64,000 nucleotides of DNA from sequence record NZ_CP031419.1; one strand, given 5' to 3'. The position numbers were made by a program, and so were the translations under genes. Shown here piece after piece: positions 9,887 through 20,295 of this stretch (its first letter is position 1; every line of letters begins with the position of its first letter). Below the pieces are notes generated by a model, which did no database searches, was not told the DNA's origin, and saw only the letters and a list, made by a program, of their open reading frames with translations. The DNA is from a plasmid.

Positions 9887-10132
9887 ATGACGCCCAGCGA
9901 CCCGCACAAGGCCCCCCAGCGAACCTGGCGTCCTGAGAACGACGAGTACGACGACGCGAAGAAGCTCCTCCGCGCTCGCGGGCGGGGATTGACGGAATAC
10001 CTGCGTGCCTGCGTGCGTTGGCTGCGCGCCGACCCGGACACCGCGCTCGCGATACTCGGCGAGCACTGGCCCGAGCCGCGCACCCGCGGACGTCCTCGTA
10101 CGGAGGAGTCTTCGCATGAAGCGCCTCGCTGA
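9887..10132 (+). CDS. hypothetical small protein
   Basis: 81 aa, divergent from moxR. Confidence 0.3.
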   Translation: MTPSDPHKAPQRTWRPENDEYDDAKKLLRARGRGLTEYLRACVRWLRADPDTALAILGEHWPEPRTRGRPRTEESSHEAPR

Positions 10133-10320
10133 ATGCGGGGGAAGGCGGCGTCGTAGAACGAGACGGAGGGAAGGCGCGGGTGGCATCCGGTCTGGGGAGG
10201 GGTCCGGATGCCGCGCGCCTTCCCTCCGTGAGGAGGCCGTCGCCGGCGCGGTGGAAGGCCGAGGGGAGTGGTGCCTCCCACCGTGCTCGATGGTGACGGC
10301 GTGGCTTGGACGGCAAGGAA

Positions 10321-10974
10321 TTACGGTCTGAAACTTGCCGGAACGACCGGGACGAATTTCGCCTCCGGGTCGTGCTTGTCGGGCGTGCAGGCGTAGAACG
10401 GCCCCGCCGGATCGGTCAGGTTGCGCAGCAGAGGGTAGAAGAAGTCGCGGAAGTACACGGCCATGGCGGCTCCTGGCTGCACGACCGCCTCCAGCCACGA
10501 GCGGCGCAGCGACCACAGCACCGTCACCGCCTCGGGGTGCTCGTACCACTCCGAGCACCAGCAGATCGCGCCGTTGGCGGAACTGGTGGTGGAGCGAGGC
10601 AGCTTACGCTGCGCCCACTCACCGATATTGGCGATCACCCATTCCAGCAGCACGTCCATGTCGATCTGGTCCGGATCGGCCCCGTCGGGGATCGCGGCAG
10701 GCGGGGCGCTGCTGGCGCCGTCACCCGCACCGCTCGGGGCGGCCGCAGCGGGAGCCTCACCAGGGGCGGCGGAAGCGAGCCGGTCGGCCAGAACGCCGAG
10801 CGCAGTCTCGAACTCGTCGAGCCCTTGGGAGGATCGGGCGGCGGTGGCGTCGACCCGCTCCACCTTCGTGGACAACAGCCGGTGCTGGTTGCGCATCTCG
10901 ACGAGAGCTTCGCTCAGGGAGGCGACCTGGTTGCGCAGTTCTTCGACCCGCTCATCCGGCGATTCGGTGCTCAC
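10321..10974 (-). CDS. DUF4913-like protein (conjugative-element associated)
   Basis: 217 aa with a coiled-coil N-terminus and a conserved Cys/Trp-rich C-terminus (ICWCSEWYEHPEAVTVLWSLRRSW). Sits immediately downstream of the coupling protein, as in actinobacterial T4SS elements. Confidence 0.5.
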   Translation of the reverse strand: MSTESPDERVEELRNQVASLSEALVEMRNQHRLLSTKVERVDATAARSSQGLDEFETALGVLADRLASAAPGEAPAAAAPSGAGDGASSAPPAAIPDGADPDQIDMDVLLEWVIANIGEWAQRKLPRSTTSSANGAICWCSEWYEHPEAVTVLWSLRRSWLEAVVQPGAAMAVYFRDFFYPLLRNLTDPAGPFYACTPDKHDPEAKFVPVVPASFRP

Positions 10975-12698
10975 GCCGCACTCGCTTTCGCCTGCTCGTC
11001 GAGCCGCCGCCGCAGCGCCTTGGCGACCGGGTTGGCCGGGCCCAGATGCTCGATCGCGGCGTTCTGCACCTCCTTGGTGGCCTCGTCGCGGACTCGTTCG
11101 ACATCGCCCTTGTCCGGTTCGGTGTACCAGGGGATGAGGTCGATCAGCACGGGGCGCGATTCCTGCCGGATCAGCAGCGCGTTGCGCTTCTTCATCGCAG
11201 CGATCTCTTCCACGGGCATGATCGGCTCCAGCGATCCACGATCGTTGGAGGTGGTAACACCCCCGGGACCATGGGAGCGGCGCCGCTCACGAGGTTTGTA
11301 CTGTCCGACCAGGCCGGAGAGCTTGCGCAGGAACGGTTCGTCCTGCAATCCGGCGCCGAGGATGCGCACGGTGGAGGCACCCCACAGGGCGGCCGCGTCG
11401 TCCGCACCCCAGGTCGAGATCACCTGGGCTTCGGACTGGAAAATGGCGGTGACGCACATCGACTTCGACCCCAGGTGTGACGCCAGCTTCGGCAACCGTT
11501 TGATCTTGCAGATGTTGGCGCACTCGTCGAGAACGAGAGTCAAGGGTGGATCGACCCGGCCGCCATGAGCCGAGGCGGCGAGGTCGCCGAGTTCGAATAT
11601 CTTGGCGACCATCGCCGCGATCACCGCGCCGGCGGAGCCGGAACCCTCCTGGGTCATCAAGTACAGCGTCGGGGCCTTGCCGTCTTCGTAGGCGAACAGG
11701 CTCCACAAATCGAGTTCGGTGATCTTCTCCGTGGTCGGCTGCTCCCACGTGTTCGGCGGAGTGATCCAGCGCAACGTTTCTTCGTCCTGGATGCTGGCCA
11801 GCGCGGTCTGGGCCTCACCGAACACACCGCCCCGGGTCTCGGCGGGCAGGTCGAGCACCGCGGCGAAGGCGTTGGCCGCACGGCGGTTTCCGTGCTGGTG
11901 CAGGATGTCGATCGGTTTGTCCGAGTACGTGTCGATCCAATCCAGCACGTCACGCATGGTGCGGCCGCTCAGGGATGCGGCCAGCAACGCCCAGGACAGC
12001 AGGTTCTTGCCGGTCGGGGCGAAGAACGGGTCCTCGTTCTGTCCGGACCCGCCGCCGCGGTTCTCCTCGATGAAGTGCTCGGCGACCTTCTTGGCGTCTC
12101 GCAGCGTGGTGATGCCGGAAAGGATGTTCCACCACCACGTCTGGGCGGCGTAGGCGATCTGGCTGGGATCGAAGACGTAGACCGGGCCGACGTCCTTCCG
12201 CAGGGCGCCGGTCAGAATCCACAGGTCCGGCTTGTTCGAGGTGGCGATCACCGCCCCGGGTGCTGACAGAATGCGGGGGACCGCGACCGCGGAGGTCTTG
12301 TTGCTGCGCGGTCCCATCATCACGATGGTGAAGTCCTCGTAGGAGGCATACACCGACTTGCCCTTCAGACGGCCGATCAGCGGCGCCAGCTCCCGCATGG
12401 ACACGCCTTTGGCCGACTCGATCGAGGCGCGCAGGCCCACACCTCGCTCAGCAGCCTTCTTCCCGATCATGTCCGGGATCTGCTTCCTGTCGCGCAGCAA
12501 CTTCTCCGGCGTCTCGTTCGGCCATGCCTTCCACACCACCCACGCCAGCGCCGCGAGCAAAAGGCACAACAGCGCCCCCACAAGCCCGATAACCAGCCAC
12601 GACGTACCCTGCTCGTGAATGCGGTAGACGCTGTAGCAGATCCCACCGACGACCAACACCGAGATCCAAACCCACGCCAGCGCAGAGTCACCCATCAC
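10971..12698 (-). CDS. type IV secretion coupling protein (VirD4/TraG/TcpA-like)
   Basis: Two N-terminal TM helices, a degenerate Walker A (GPRSNKTS), Walker B (LVLDECANI), 575 aa. Confidence 0.7.
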   Translation of the reverse strand: MMGDSALAWVWISVLVVGGICYSVYRIHEQGTSWLVIGLVGALLCLLLAALAWVVWKAWPNETPEKLLRDRKQIPDMIGKKAAERGVGLRASIESAKGVSMRELAPLIGRLKGKSVYASYEDFTIVMMGPRSNKTSAVAVPRILSAPGAVIATSNKPDLWILTGALRKDVGPVYVFDPSQIAYAAQTWWWNILSGITTLRDAKKVAEHFIEENRGGGSGQNEDPFFAPTGKNLLSWALLAASLSGRTMRDVLDWIDTYSDKPIDILHQHGNRRAANAFAAVLDLPAETRGGVFGEAQTALASIQDEETLRWITPPNTWEQPTTEKITELDLWSLFAYEDGKAPTLYLMTQEGSGSAGAVIAAMVAKIFELGDLAASAHGGRVDPPLTLVLDECANICKIKRLPKLASHLGSKSMCVTAIFQSEAQVISTWGADDAAALWGASTVRILGAGLQDEPFLRKLSGLVGQYKPRERRRSHGPGGVTTSNDRGSLEPIMPVEEIAAMKKRNALLIRQESRPVLIDLIPWYTEPDKGDVERVRDEATKEVQNAAIEHLGPANPVAKALRRRLDEQAKASAA

Positions 12699-13468
12699 GC
12701 ACCCCTTCGCAGAGGACCGACACTCACCACTCGCACCACCAGACCCGCCTCTTGGGCCGCGAGCAGCAGCTCCGCCCGCAACGCGGCGGCCGCACCGGCA
12801 CTTCGGGTGCCCGGCACCTCGACGACGAAGACCTCCCGGCGCGCGGTGAGCGCCGCCGCCTCGAGCACCGGCAGCGGCCCGACGCCGGGAAGCGCACCGG
12901 TCTGCGCGCTCAGCGCGGCGAGGATCATGCCGTGGTCCAGCGGCAGCATCGCTTGGCGGACCACAGCCCAGATCGCAGCCTGTTCCCCGGCCGGCGTCTC
13001 GCCGAAGGTATCCAGATCAGCGGTCGGACCGGATTCCCCGTTCGCGTGCAGCAGCTGATACGGCTCACTGAGATCACCGGAGTGAATCCAGTCGAGCACA
13101 TCCGTGAGGCTGCGGCGGCCGCGCACGGCCGCCAGCAACAGGTTCGCGGTCAGCAGCGTAGCTTCCGGGACGAAGTACAGAGCCGCCTCATCTCGGACCA
13201 CGGAGAAGAGGTTTTCGGCGATCCGGTCGGCATCGGCGGCATCGGTGATTCTGGCCAGCAGATCCCAACGGAAAGTAGTTGCCGGGCCCGGCAACTCCGG
13301 GTTCCACACCAACGCCTGGCCCCACCACCGTCGCGGCAACGCCGCAACGTGGTCGGTCACGGTGATGACCATGGCCGAGGTAGCGCCGACCGGATCGTGG
13401 TCCCAGTCCTGTGCGGAGATGACGTCCCGCATCACGATCCTCTCCCGAGTCGGTCGTTCATGCTGCAT
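12695..13468 (-). CDS. hypothetical protein, partial paralog of the coupling protein
   Basis: Shares a segment with the T4CP (LTDVLDWIHSG vs MRDVLDWIDTYSD). Has no TM region or P-loop. ATGA-overlaps the T4CP start. Confidence 0.4.
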   Translation of the reverse strand: MQHERPTRERIVMRDVISAQDWDHDPVGATSAMVITVTDHVAALPRRWWGQALVWNPELPGPATTFRWDLLARITDAADADRIAENLFSVVRDEAALYFVPEATLLTANLLLAAVRGRRSLTDVLDWIHSGDLSEPYQLLHANGESGPTADLDTFGETPAGEQAAIWAVVRQAMLPLDHGMILAALSAQTGALPGVGPLPVLEAAALTARREVFVVEVPGTRSAGAAAALRAELLLAAQEAGLVVRVVSVGPLRRGA

Positions 13469-15092
13469 GGCTCCTCCGTCCGTCGGAGTTGAGTCCGGCG
13501 AAAGCGCCGTCGGTGTTGTAGAGATCGAGTTCTTCCGGTGTCAGGTCGACATGGACCGGCAGGCCCATGCGGGAGCCGGACTTGATCAGATATTTGCCGC
13601 GACCTGGGTGACGTTGACCGGGAACCCAGGTCGGCGGAGCGGACCAGCGGGTCACCAACTCCTTCTCGCCAGAGGTGAACGGGCTGATCGCGTGCAGGCG
13701 CTCCATTTCGGCGTTGTCCAGCCCGCCGATGACTTTGATCGCGTTGCGCGCGACCATGCCCTTGGCCTTGGCCCGGTCGGCTTCGGTGGGCAGCGCTTCG
13801 AGGTCGGTGATCGAGTGCGTGCTTTGTGCCGACACCACACCGCGTGCGCGGTTCAGACGGGTCATGCGGTCGGACTTCTCCACCAGACCTGGTGCCGCGC
13901 GCAACGCGCGCCACAGTTCGTCCTGGGGCTGGAACACATTCCGGCGCTCCCCGGCGGCCTGCTTACCCTCGATCAGGCCGGCCGACCATGCCCACGCGCA
14001 CATCATTGCGGCGGCCACCACGTCGTCACCGTCATCCTCAACGGCCTTGAGCGACAGCGAGACCGCGGGCAGATCGGCGTCGATCGAGAAGCTCGAAGAC
14101 CGATCGAACATGCCCTTGATCGGGCCTTCGCACAACAGCACCAGGGTGTTGCGCAGCTCCCGGATCTCGCGGCGGTACTCGTACTCGTCTCGCGCCGCGA
14201 CCACGCGCTGCAACGGTGCGCCCGCCTCATCGAGAATGTGCACGAGCTCCGGGATCGTGGGATCGGGGAGATGGTGCCGCGCGCTGGCGTCGTCGGCCTG
14301 GTCGACTGCCATCGCCAGCAGCAGCCGCTCGGTGGCAGTCAGATCCTGGCCGCCGACGATGGTGATCAGCGACTCCAGCAGGTCCAGGCGCCGGCCGCGG
14401 GCCTGGGAGACCAGCTGTTCACGCTGGCTGCCTACAGCGGCGCGAATCGCGCCGCGCAGCGGGCCGAGATCGAGGGGGTTGAGGCTGTGCAGACCGCGCC
14501 CGATCCGGAAAACCTTGCCTTCCAGTGCCTCCACGATTGGGCTGTACTCGTCTTTGATGTCGCCGGGGATCACTGCGGCGAAGCCGTACGCGACGAGGCC
14601 GACCATCAACCGTTTGCAGCAGGTGGACTTGCCGATGCCGGGCTGGCCCTGCACCCAGAGGCCCGTGTTGGTGACCAGACCGTCGACGAGCCACTGCGAC
14701 GGGTCGAGCCCGATTGGCTCGGCGGTGTGCAGGTGGCGGCCGAAGGGGACGCCCCGGACGCGGGCACCGGATGCAGCCGGGAACGGGTAGAGGCCCTGAA
14801 CCTGGGTGGTGGTGCCCGCATACAGCCGACCCGCGTCGACGTTGTGGGCGTACCCGCCGAACGGACGGTTCTCGCCCCGCGCGCTGGGAATCGGAGGCAA
14901 GGACTCGAAGGGCAGGAACGGGTTGAACGGAGCCTGTCCAGGCTCGTTCTCGTCGGGCTGTTCCTGTTTGCGGTAGGCCGGAGTGACGCCCAACTTCGCC
15001 AACCATCGCTCTGCCAGACCTGCTTGGGCTCCCGCACGCTGCCGCGCGGCGGATTCGGCTTCGGTGATCAGTTCGGTGGTCATGCCAGCCAC
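13458..15092 (-). CDS. VirB4-like conjugal transfer ATPase (ATP-binding protein)
   Basis: Walker A GQPGIGKST, 544 aa, paired with an upstream SCO6880-like membrane protein (split VirB4 arrangement). Confidence 0.7.
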   Translation of the reverse strand: MAGMTTELITEAESAARQRAGAQAGLAERWLAKLGVTPAYRKQEQPDENEPGQAPFNPFLPFESLPPIPSARGENRPFGGYAHNVDAGRLYAGTTTQVQGLYPFPAASGARVRGVPFGRHLHTAEPIGLDPSQWLVDGLVTNTGLWVQGQPGIGKSTCCKRLMVGLVAYGFAAVIPGDIKDEYSPIVEALEGKVFRIGRGLHSLNPLDLGPLRGAIRAAVGSQREQLVSQARGRRLDLLESLITIVGGQDLTATERLLLAMAVDQADDASARHHLPDPTIPELVHILDEAGAPLQRVVAARDEYEYRREIRELRNTLVLLCEGPIKGMFDRSSSFSIDADLPAVSLSLKAVEDDGDDVVAAAMMCAWAWSAGLIEGKQAAGERRNVFQPQDELWRALRAAPGLVEKSDRMTRLNRARGVVSAQSTHSITDLEALPTEADRAKAKGMVARNAIKVIGGLDNAEMERLHAISPFTSGEKELVTRWSAPPTWVPGQRHPGRGKYLIKSGSRMGLPVHVDLTPEELDLYNTDGAFAGLNSDGRRSHAA

Positions 15093-16579
15093 CTCTGCGC
15101 GGCGCTACGGGAAAGTCCGGCGGTCGGCTCGATGCCGTAGCCGAGGCTCGTTGCAAACGCGGCGGCCTGTGCGCCGCGTGCCCGCCGGAACTGCAACTTG
15201 GAGGCGCTGACTCGATCCTCGATGTCGGCGCAGGCCGCGGCCAAGGTGTCCTCGTTTCGCACCGTGGTGGTGATGTACATGGTGAACTGGCCCAGCCCGG
15301 CGCCCATGGACTCTTCCTGAGCGGCCTTGCGGGCGCGGACCCGATCGTCGTACTCGCGCTGGGTCTCGTCCTTCTTCGTCTTCGCATTCCAGATCCGGCG
15401 CAGGGTGCCGGCCTGGATCTCGCGCTCGACGATCTCGGCGGCCTGGGCGGCGGTGTAGGGGCGGTACACCAGCGAGAAGCGCCGGTAGTACTTACCTGGG
15501 CTGACCAGCTTGAGCAAGATGTGGTGTCGCACCACCCCGCTCGGCGGAGCCTTGAAAACCCAGGTCACCGAGTATCCGCTGTCGTGGTAGTAGACATCCT
15601 TGGTCGACTCGGTTCGCAGCGGCCCCGCGTCGGACCAGGACAGCAACTCGTCGGCCTCCTCGTCGGGAGCGTCGGAGAGGAACACCCGGATGGCGGGGTC
15701 GAAAGCGGCGCGGATGTTGCGGATGACCCCCGCCGTGCTGGCCCGCTCGGTCACCGTCGCCCCGGCCGCAGCGAGTGCGGACTCGATGCGCGGCAACCAG
15801 CGCACCACTTCGGCCGCCCCCTCCGAGAGGGTCTTCGGCTGAGGAGACGCCTTGGACAGGTCGAAATTGACTGTCACCCGCATCTGCACGTCCGCGGTGG
15901 TCGTCCGCGACTGGTTCACGACCTTCTTCATGATCGTCTTGGCCAGTTTCGGGGCGTTCCTGCCGTCGCGCTCCATCCGCGCCAGGGTGTAGGCGCGCTG
16001 GTCGACACCACCTGTGGGGGAGGACTCGCACGTAAACACCACCGAGGAGATGATGGGTGTGAAGCCCAGATCGGCGAGCCAGCTGCCGTAGTTGCGAACC
16101 CAGGCTTCGGTGTCGGCCGTGTCGGCCAGGGTTGTGCCGACAGGGGACACCTTCAGCACCGCAGACAGGATGCCGGTGCGGCGGTTCCACAGCAGGCATT
16201 GGTTGCCGCCTCGGCCGTCCTCCACCGTCAACGGCTTGAGCGGCGCCAGTACACCGGGAAGGTTTTCTCCTCGGCTGACCTCTTCGAGAACGTCGGCCGC
16301 GTGGGCGTCGCTGGCACAGCGATTAGCCCAGGCGTTGCGTACGTTCCACGCCACGTGCTGGACGACCGTGCGCCGAGAATCGCCCACAGGGACGATCGTC
16401 AGAGCCAGCACCGGGATGGCGATGAGCAATCCCATGAAGGCGAGGACCAGGCTGATGAAGGTGGTGAATGCCAGGCCAACCACGGTGGCAAGGATGATGG
16501 CCGTTCCGCTGGTCCCGAGTCGCCCCAGCCCGAACCCGGTGACTTCGCGGTAACCGCCGTAACCTCGGGTCTCGCTCAT
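15080..16579 (-). CDS. SCO6880-family-like membrane protein (VirB3/VirB4 N-terminal equivalent)
   Basis: N-terminal TM hairpin (ILATVVGLAFTTFISLVLAFMGLLIAIPVLAL), 499 aa, overlaps the ATPase gene. Confidence 0.5.
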   Translation of the reverse strand: MSETRGYGGYREVTGFGLGRLGTSGTAIILATVVGLAFTTFISLVLAFMGLLIAIPVLALTIVPVGDSRRTVVQHVAWNVRNAWANRCASDAHAADVLEEVSRGENLPGVLAPLKPLTVEDGRGGNQCLLWNRRTGILSAVLKVSPVGTTLADTADTEAWVRNYGSWLADLGFTPIISSVVFTCESSPTGGVDQRAYTLARMERDGRNAPKLAKTIMKKVVNQSRTTTADVQMRVTVNFDLSKASPQPKTLSEGAAEVVRWLPRIESALAAAGATVTERASTAGVIRNIRAAFDPAIRVFLSDAPDEEADELLSWSDAGPLRTESTKDVYYHDSGYSVTWVFKAPPSGVVRHHILLKLVSPGKYYRRFSLVYRPYTAAQAAEIVEREIQAGTLRRIWNAKTKKDETQREYDDRVRARKAAQEESMGAGLGQFTMYITTTVRNEDTLAAACADIEDRVSASKLQFRRARGAQAAAFATSLGYGIEPTAGLSRSAAQRWLA

Positions 16580-16655
16580 CGTGTGCTCCTAACCTGTGTC
16601 GCCTGCCCTGCTGGTGTTGTCTTTCGTGATGCGTGTCGCCGGAATACGTTGTCGT

Positions 16656-18371
16656 TCATCGCGTCTCCGGCCCGAGGTCGTCGCCGGTCATCTCCGAGCC
16701 GACGTCATCGGCGGCCTCGACCGCCGAATTGGCTGCCGACATCCCCGCTTGGATCGCCAGGGTCGCCCCGCCGGTGGCAGCGGCACCCGCCGCTCCGGCA
16801 GCTGCCGATCCGCCACCCGCTGCTCCGGCGGCTGCCGCTCCGCCTCCCGCCGCGGACCCGGCGGCCCCACCGCCGGCGGCACCGGCGATCTCGACGCCAC
16901 TGCCTCCGGCATCGCTCGGTGTGGCCGGTGTTCCGGCGGCGTCCGGATGCTCGGGCTGCGGGCCTCCGGACCCGGCCTCGAGTTCGACACCAGACGAGCC
17001 GGAGCCGATCGCCTTCTGCGAGGACCCGGACTCCAACTGGCTCTGTCCGCTACCGGATGTCAGTGCCTGCGACCCGCCGTTGCCCGGGGACGGATCAGGC
17101 TCTCCCGAGCCACCCGGCCCGGTGGCCGACATGAAATTGGCGAACCCATCACCCCCGGCGGACGTTCCGCCCCCGCCTCCACCACCGCCACTGAGCGCAG
17201 CGGCGCCGAGCATGCCGCCCGCCAACCCGCCGACCGCGACGCCGAGTGCGCCCGATCCACCGGAGACGTGCATGCCCATGAAGTCGAAGAACTTCAGCAT
17301 CGCGGGGAGGGCGATCACCGCCAAGGCGACCACCATCAGGCCCGTGACCAGGGTGGTCAAGGACTGTTCTTCGCCAATGAGCTGGAAGCCGAGCGAGTAG
17401 ATGAACGCAGCCATCGGTTTGTAGAGCACCAGCGCCACACAGGTGGCGGCAATGCGGGGGAACCACTGGCGTCCCCAGGTGGTGAGCTGTCCGGCGGCGG
17501 CGAACAAGATCATGTTGTAGAGCACGATGATTCCGGCCTGGCGAATGAAGCCCATCACCCACTGGATGAACCCGAGGATGGCACCGAGCAGGCCGAGGAT
17601 CAGGACACCGCCGGGGTTCCCGATGGTGGCGGTTCCCAGCATTGCCTGCACGCGCTGGCCGAACTGGTTGGCGTCGGTATCGATCATCTGCCGGGCGAAG
17701 TCGTCGCCGGCGTGGATCGCCCCGGAAAGGACGATCAACGCCATCGACGAGATGACGACGTACTTGACGCCGCCCAGCAGGACTTGCGCACCGGGCTCGG
17801 TCCGGCGGGAGATCATCATCACCATGGCGCTGGTGAGGATTCCGGCCATCATGATGAAGAAGACGACCTTCTGCACCGGCTGTTTGTCGGCCATCACTCC
17901 CGCGTAGGACAGGCTGATCGAGTCGGTGCCGATCCACCAGGTCATCGACTCGACCAGCAGATCGCCAGCGAACTTCCCGATGGACTCCGCAGCCTTGCCG
18001 AATGCCGAATCCACCGCCTTGCCGACGGTGTTCTCGGCGACTGTTCCGGGGCTCAGGTCGAAGGTCCTTTCCCGGGCACCGTTGTTGATCTGAGCCCGAT
18101 ACAGGGTGTCGTCGTTGGGGTAGAGGTATCCGGTGTCCGGGTTGCCCTCGCACCCAGGGAACTCGGGGTGTTCCGAGCACCAGATCACACCGTCGGCGTC
18201 GCGCCAGCTCTTCTGTTCGGCGGTCAGTTCAGACAGCTTCTGCGGCATGTTCGCCGGCGGTTGCGCCGCGACGATTCCCGGTCCGGCGACCAGTGCCGCC
18301 AGCAGCACGCCGAGAAACACCATCGGCCGCAGCATCGCTCGCGCACCTGCGCGCGCACCCGGAACCGTCAT
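16656..18371 (-). CDS. polytopic membrane protein, VirB6/TrbL-like, with Gly/Ala-rich C-terminal tail
   Basis: Signal peptide, at least 6 predicted TM helices, then a low-complexity tail of roughly 170 aa rich in G/A/S. Confidence 0.5.
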   Translation of the reverse strand: MTVPGARAGARAMLRPMVFLGVLLAALVAGPGIVAAQPPANMPQKLSELTAEQKSWRDADGVIWCSEHPEFPGCEGNPDTGYLYPNDDTLYRAQINNGARERTFDLSPGTVAENTVGKAVDSAFGKAAESIGKFAGDLLVESMTWWIGTDSISLSYAGVMADKQPVQKVVFFIMMAGILTSAMVMMISRRTEPGAQVLLGGVKYVVISSMALIVLSGAIHAGDDFARQMIDTDANQFGQRVQAMLGTATIGNPGGVLILGLLGAILGFIQWVMGFIRQAGIIVLYNMILFAAAGQLTTWGRQWFPRIAATCVALVLYKPMAAFIYSLGFQLIGEEQSLTTLVTGLMVVALAVIALPAMLKFFDFMGMHVSGGSGALGVAVGGLAGGMLGAAALSGGGGGGGGTSAGGDGFANFMSATGPGGSGEPDPSPGNGGSQALTSGSGQSQLESGSSQKAIGSGSSGVELEAGSGGPQPEHPDAAGTPATPSDAGGSGVEIAGAAGGGAAGSAAGGGAAAAGAAGGGSAAAGAAGAAATGGATLAIQAGMSAANSAVEAADDVGSEMTGDDLGPETR

Positions 18372-18385
18372 GGTGGACTCCTCTC

Positions 18386-19057
18386 CTAGAAGGTCGTGAA
18401 CCCTTTCAGGCCCGTGGAATTCGGAAGTTCAGGAAGGCCGGAATCGACCTGGTACACCCAGTCGTTGCCGTCCCAGAGCACAGCGCGGCGCTGGAAGTCG
18501 TAGCCGCCCTTGTTCGAGGGGACGGCGAAGTAGATCCGCGCGAAAGTCGGTGTGTAAGTGGCGAACTGGAAAGCGACGGGCTGACGGAACGCCGCGTCGA
18601 ACTCCTCCGGAGACAGGTTGCGGGTCTGGGTCACTGCGTTGCGAACCTGCTGCTGCTGGCCGAGGTCGGCGCGCACCTGGGTGCCGAGCAGTTGTTCGTA
18701 TCGGGTGTCGGTCAGCACTCGCGTGGAGATCTGCCAGGCGGCGATGAGCGCGCCCTGTGGCGTGTGGCTGTAGCCGTGGGCCCGGGGACCATCGACTTCG
18801 GCGGGCCCGTCGGGACCGAACGGCAGTCGTACTCCGTTGATCAGCTTCCACTCCAGATCGCGTGGCGGTGTCGCCGTGGCGACGGCACCGGGCTCGGCCG
18901 GAGTCGCGGAGTTGTCCGAGCGGTCGCGAACGACGGCGACCAGGACTATTCCGACAGCCACGACCAGCACGGCGGCCGCGGCCACGAGCAGCCAGCGTCG
19001 CGACGGTCGCGGGCCCTGGTTCGCGGGGCGTTCGGCGAATTCCCGGGTGGTGAACAT
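18386..19057 (-). CDS. membrane-anchored conjugation-associated protein (paralog A)
   Basis: N-terminal TM anchor. Shares GYSHTPQGA, QIS.R.L and WDGNDW...LPEL..TGL.GFT with the next gene. Confidence 0.45.
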   Translation of the reverse strand: MFTTREFAERPANQGPRPSRRWLLVAAAAVLVVAVGIVLVAVVRDRSDNSATPAEPGAVATATPPRDLEWKLINGVRLPFGPDGPAEVDGPRAHGYSHTPQGALIAAWQISTRVLTDTRYEQLLGTQVRADLGQQQQVRNAVTQTRNLSPEEFDAAFRQPVAFQFATYTPTFARIYFAVPSNKGGYDFQRRAVLWDGNDWVYQVDSGLPELPNSTGLKGFTTF

Positions 19058-19073
19058 TGACGTCTCTCCTTCG

Positions 19074-19832
19074 CTACAGCGGGGTGAATCCGGTCAGCTC
19101 TGCCGTTTCCGGCAGCGCCGGGGCGATCAGATCACTGCTGTAGCGCCAATCGCCATCGCGCCACACCACCGCTTGCCGGGCGATCCGGTAGGAGCCAGAG
19201 GGCCGGGGGTAGGCGTAATAGACGGTGGCGGCATCGCCGGTGTAGGCGCCGATCTTGAATCCGGCGGGTTGCACGGTGCTTGCCTGCACCGCGACCGGGT
19301 CCAGTCGGGGCTGGGTGGACCGGGCAGTGAGGATTTGCTGCCGATCTCCATCCGAGATCGCGGCCTGGGCGTCGAGGATGCGCGCGTAGTCCGGCGAGTA
19401 CAGGATTCGCATGCTGATCTGGAGCGCCGCTATAGCCGCGCCCTGTGGGGTGTGGCTATAGCCGGCCGCGACCGCCCCGTCGATGCGGCTCGGTCCATCG
19501 GAGGCACTGAACGGCAGCGGAACACCCTCGACCCGCTGCCAGGACACCCCTTGCGGTGCGGCGGTAAGCCAGTCCGGGTCGGCAGGGCTGCGGTTGACCG
19601 GCACCTGGGGGACCAGCGATCCCTTCGCAGGGGTCGTCGGGGCGGCGGCTGCGCTGCTACTGGCTCCGGGGCCGGTGGCGAGGTCCTGTCCGCCGGAGCC
19701 GGAGTCGGAGCCGATCAGCGCGATCCCGGTGACGAGTACCAGCGCCGCTGCGGCGGCAGCGCCGATCAGATACGGACGGCGAACACCCGCCAGGGGCGTC
19801 TTCTCTCGGAACTCTCGCGTAGTCAGTGGCAT
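19074..19832 (-). CDS. membrane-anchored conjugation-associated protein (paralog B)
   Basis: Tandem paralog of 18386..19057 (GYSHTPQGAAIAALQIS; WRDGDWRYSSD...LPETAELTGFTPL). Confidence 0.45.
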   Translation of the reverse strand: MPLTTREFREKTPLAGVRRPYLIGAAAAAALVLVTGIALIGSDSGSGGQDLATGPGASSSAAAAPTTPAKGSLVPQVPVNRSPADPDWLTAAPQGVSWQRVEGVPLPFSASDGPSRIDGAVAAGYSHTPQGAAIAALQISMRILYSPDYARILDAQAAISDGDRQQILTARSTQPRLDPVAVQASTVQPAGFKIGAYTGDAATVYYAYPRPSGSYRIARQAVVWRDGDWRYSSDLIAPALPETAELTGFTPL

Positions 19833-19848
19833 TGTGGCTCAACCTCTT

Positions 19849-20295
19849 TCACAGGAAAACGTGGATGACGGTGTATGCCGACCCGGACAGCACGGTGGCG
19901 CCGAGCACGACGGGCAGCGAATGCAGCGCCTTCTTCGCCTGTTCGGACCGCCCCCGGATGCCGACCATCAGCACCCCGGCGGTGATCAGCACTCCGCCGA
20001 CGGCGCAAGCGAGTGCGAGCGTGCGCAGCCAGCCGAGCGCGGCGGCGATGAACGAGTCCAGATCCTCGGGGGCGTTCGCGGGATCTCCACCGAATTTGTC
20101 CCATTGCACGCCACCGGTTTTGGGGTCCTGGATGGGGATTTGCTCCCCGCTGCCGCCACCGCCGGGACTCTGCGGGCTGAGCTGCTGGCTGGGGGTGGGG
20201 GCCGGGGTGGTCGTCGGCGGCTGTGCGTGCACAGCCCCGGCCCCCGCCACGGTCAATACCGTGGCGAGCACGAACGCCCAGGCTGCCTGTTTCAT
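19849..20295 (-). CDS. VirB2/TrbC-like pilin candidate
   Basis: Start at MKQAAWAFVLATVLTVAGAGAVHAQ (signal peptide), Pro/Thr linker, two C-terminal TM helices. ATGA overlap with the upstream paralog. Confidence 0.4.
   Translation of the reverse strand: MKQAAWAFVLATVLTVAGAGAVHAQPPTTTPAPTPSQQLSPQSPGGGGSGEQIPIQDPKTGGVQWDKFGGDPANAPEDLDSFIAAALGWLRTLALACAVGGVLITAGVLMVGIRGRSEQAKKALHSLPVVLGATVLSGSAYTVIHVFL

Noticed and set aside
13104-15140. 678-aa plus-strand ORF
   Set aside because: Antisense to the VirB4-like ATPase gene. Biased composition and no motifs.
16596-18389. 597-aa plus-strand ORF and other overlapping frames over 16.6-18.4 kb
   Set aside because: Overlap the VirB6-like membrane protein gene. 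Gly/Arg-rich translations caused by the Gly/Ala-rich coding region on the opposite strand.
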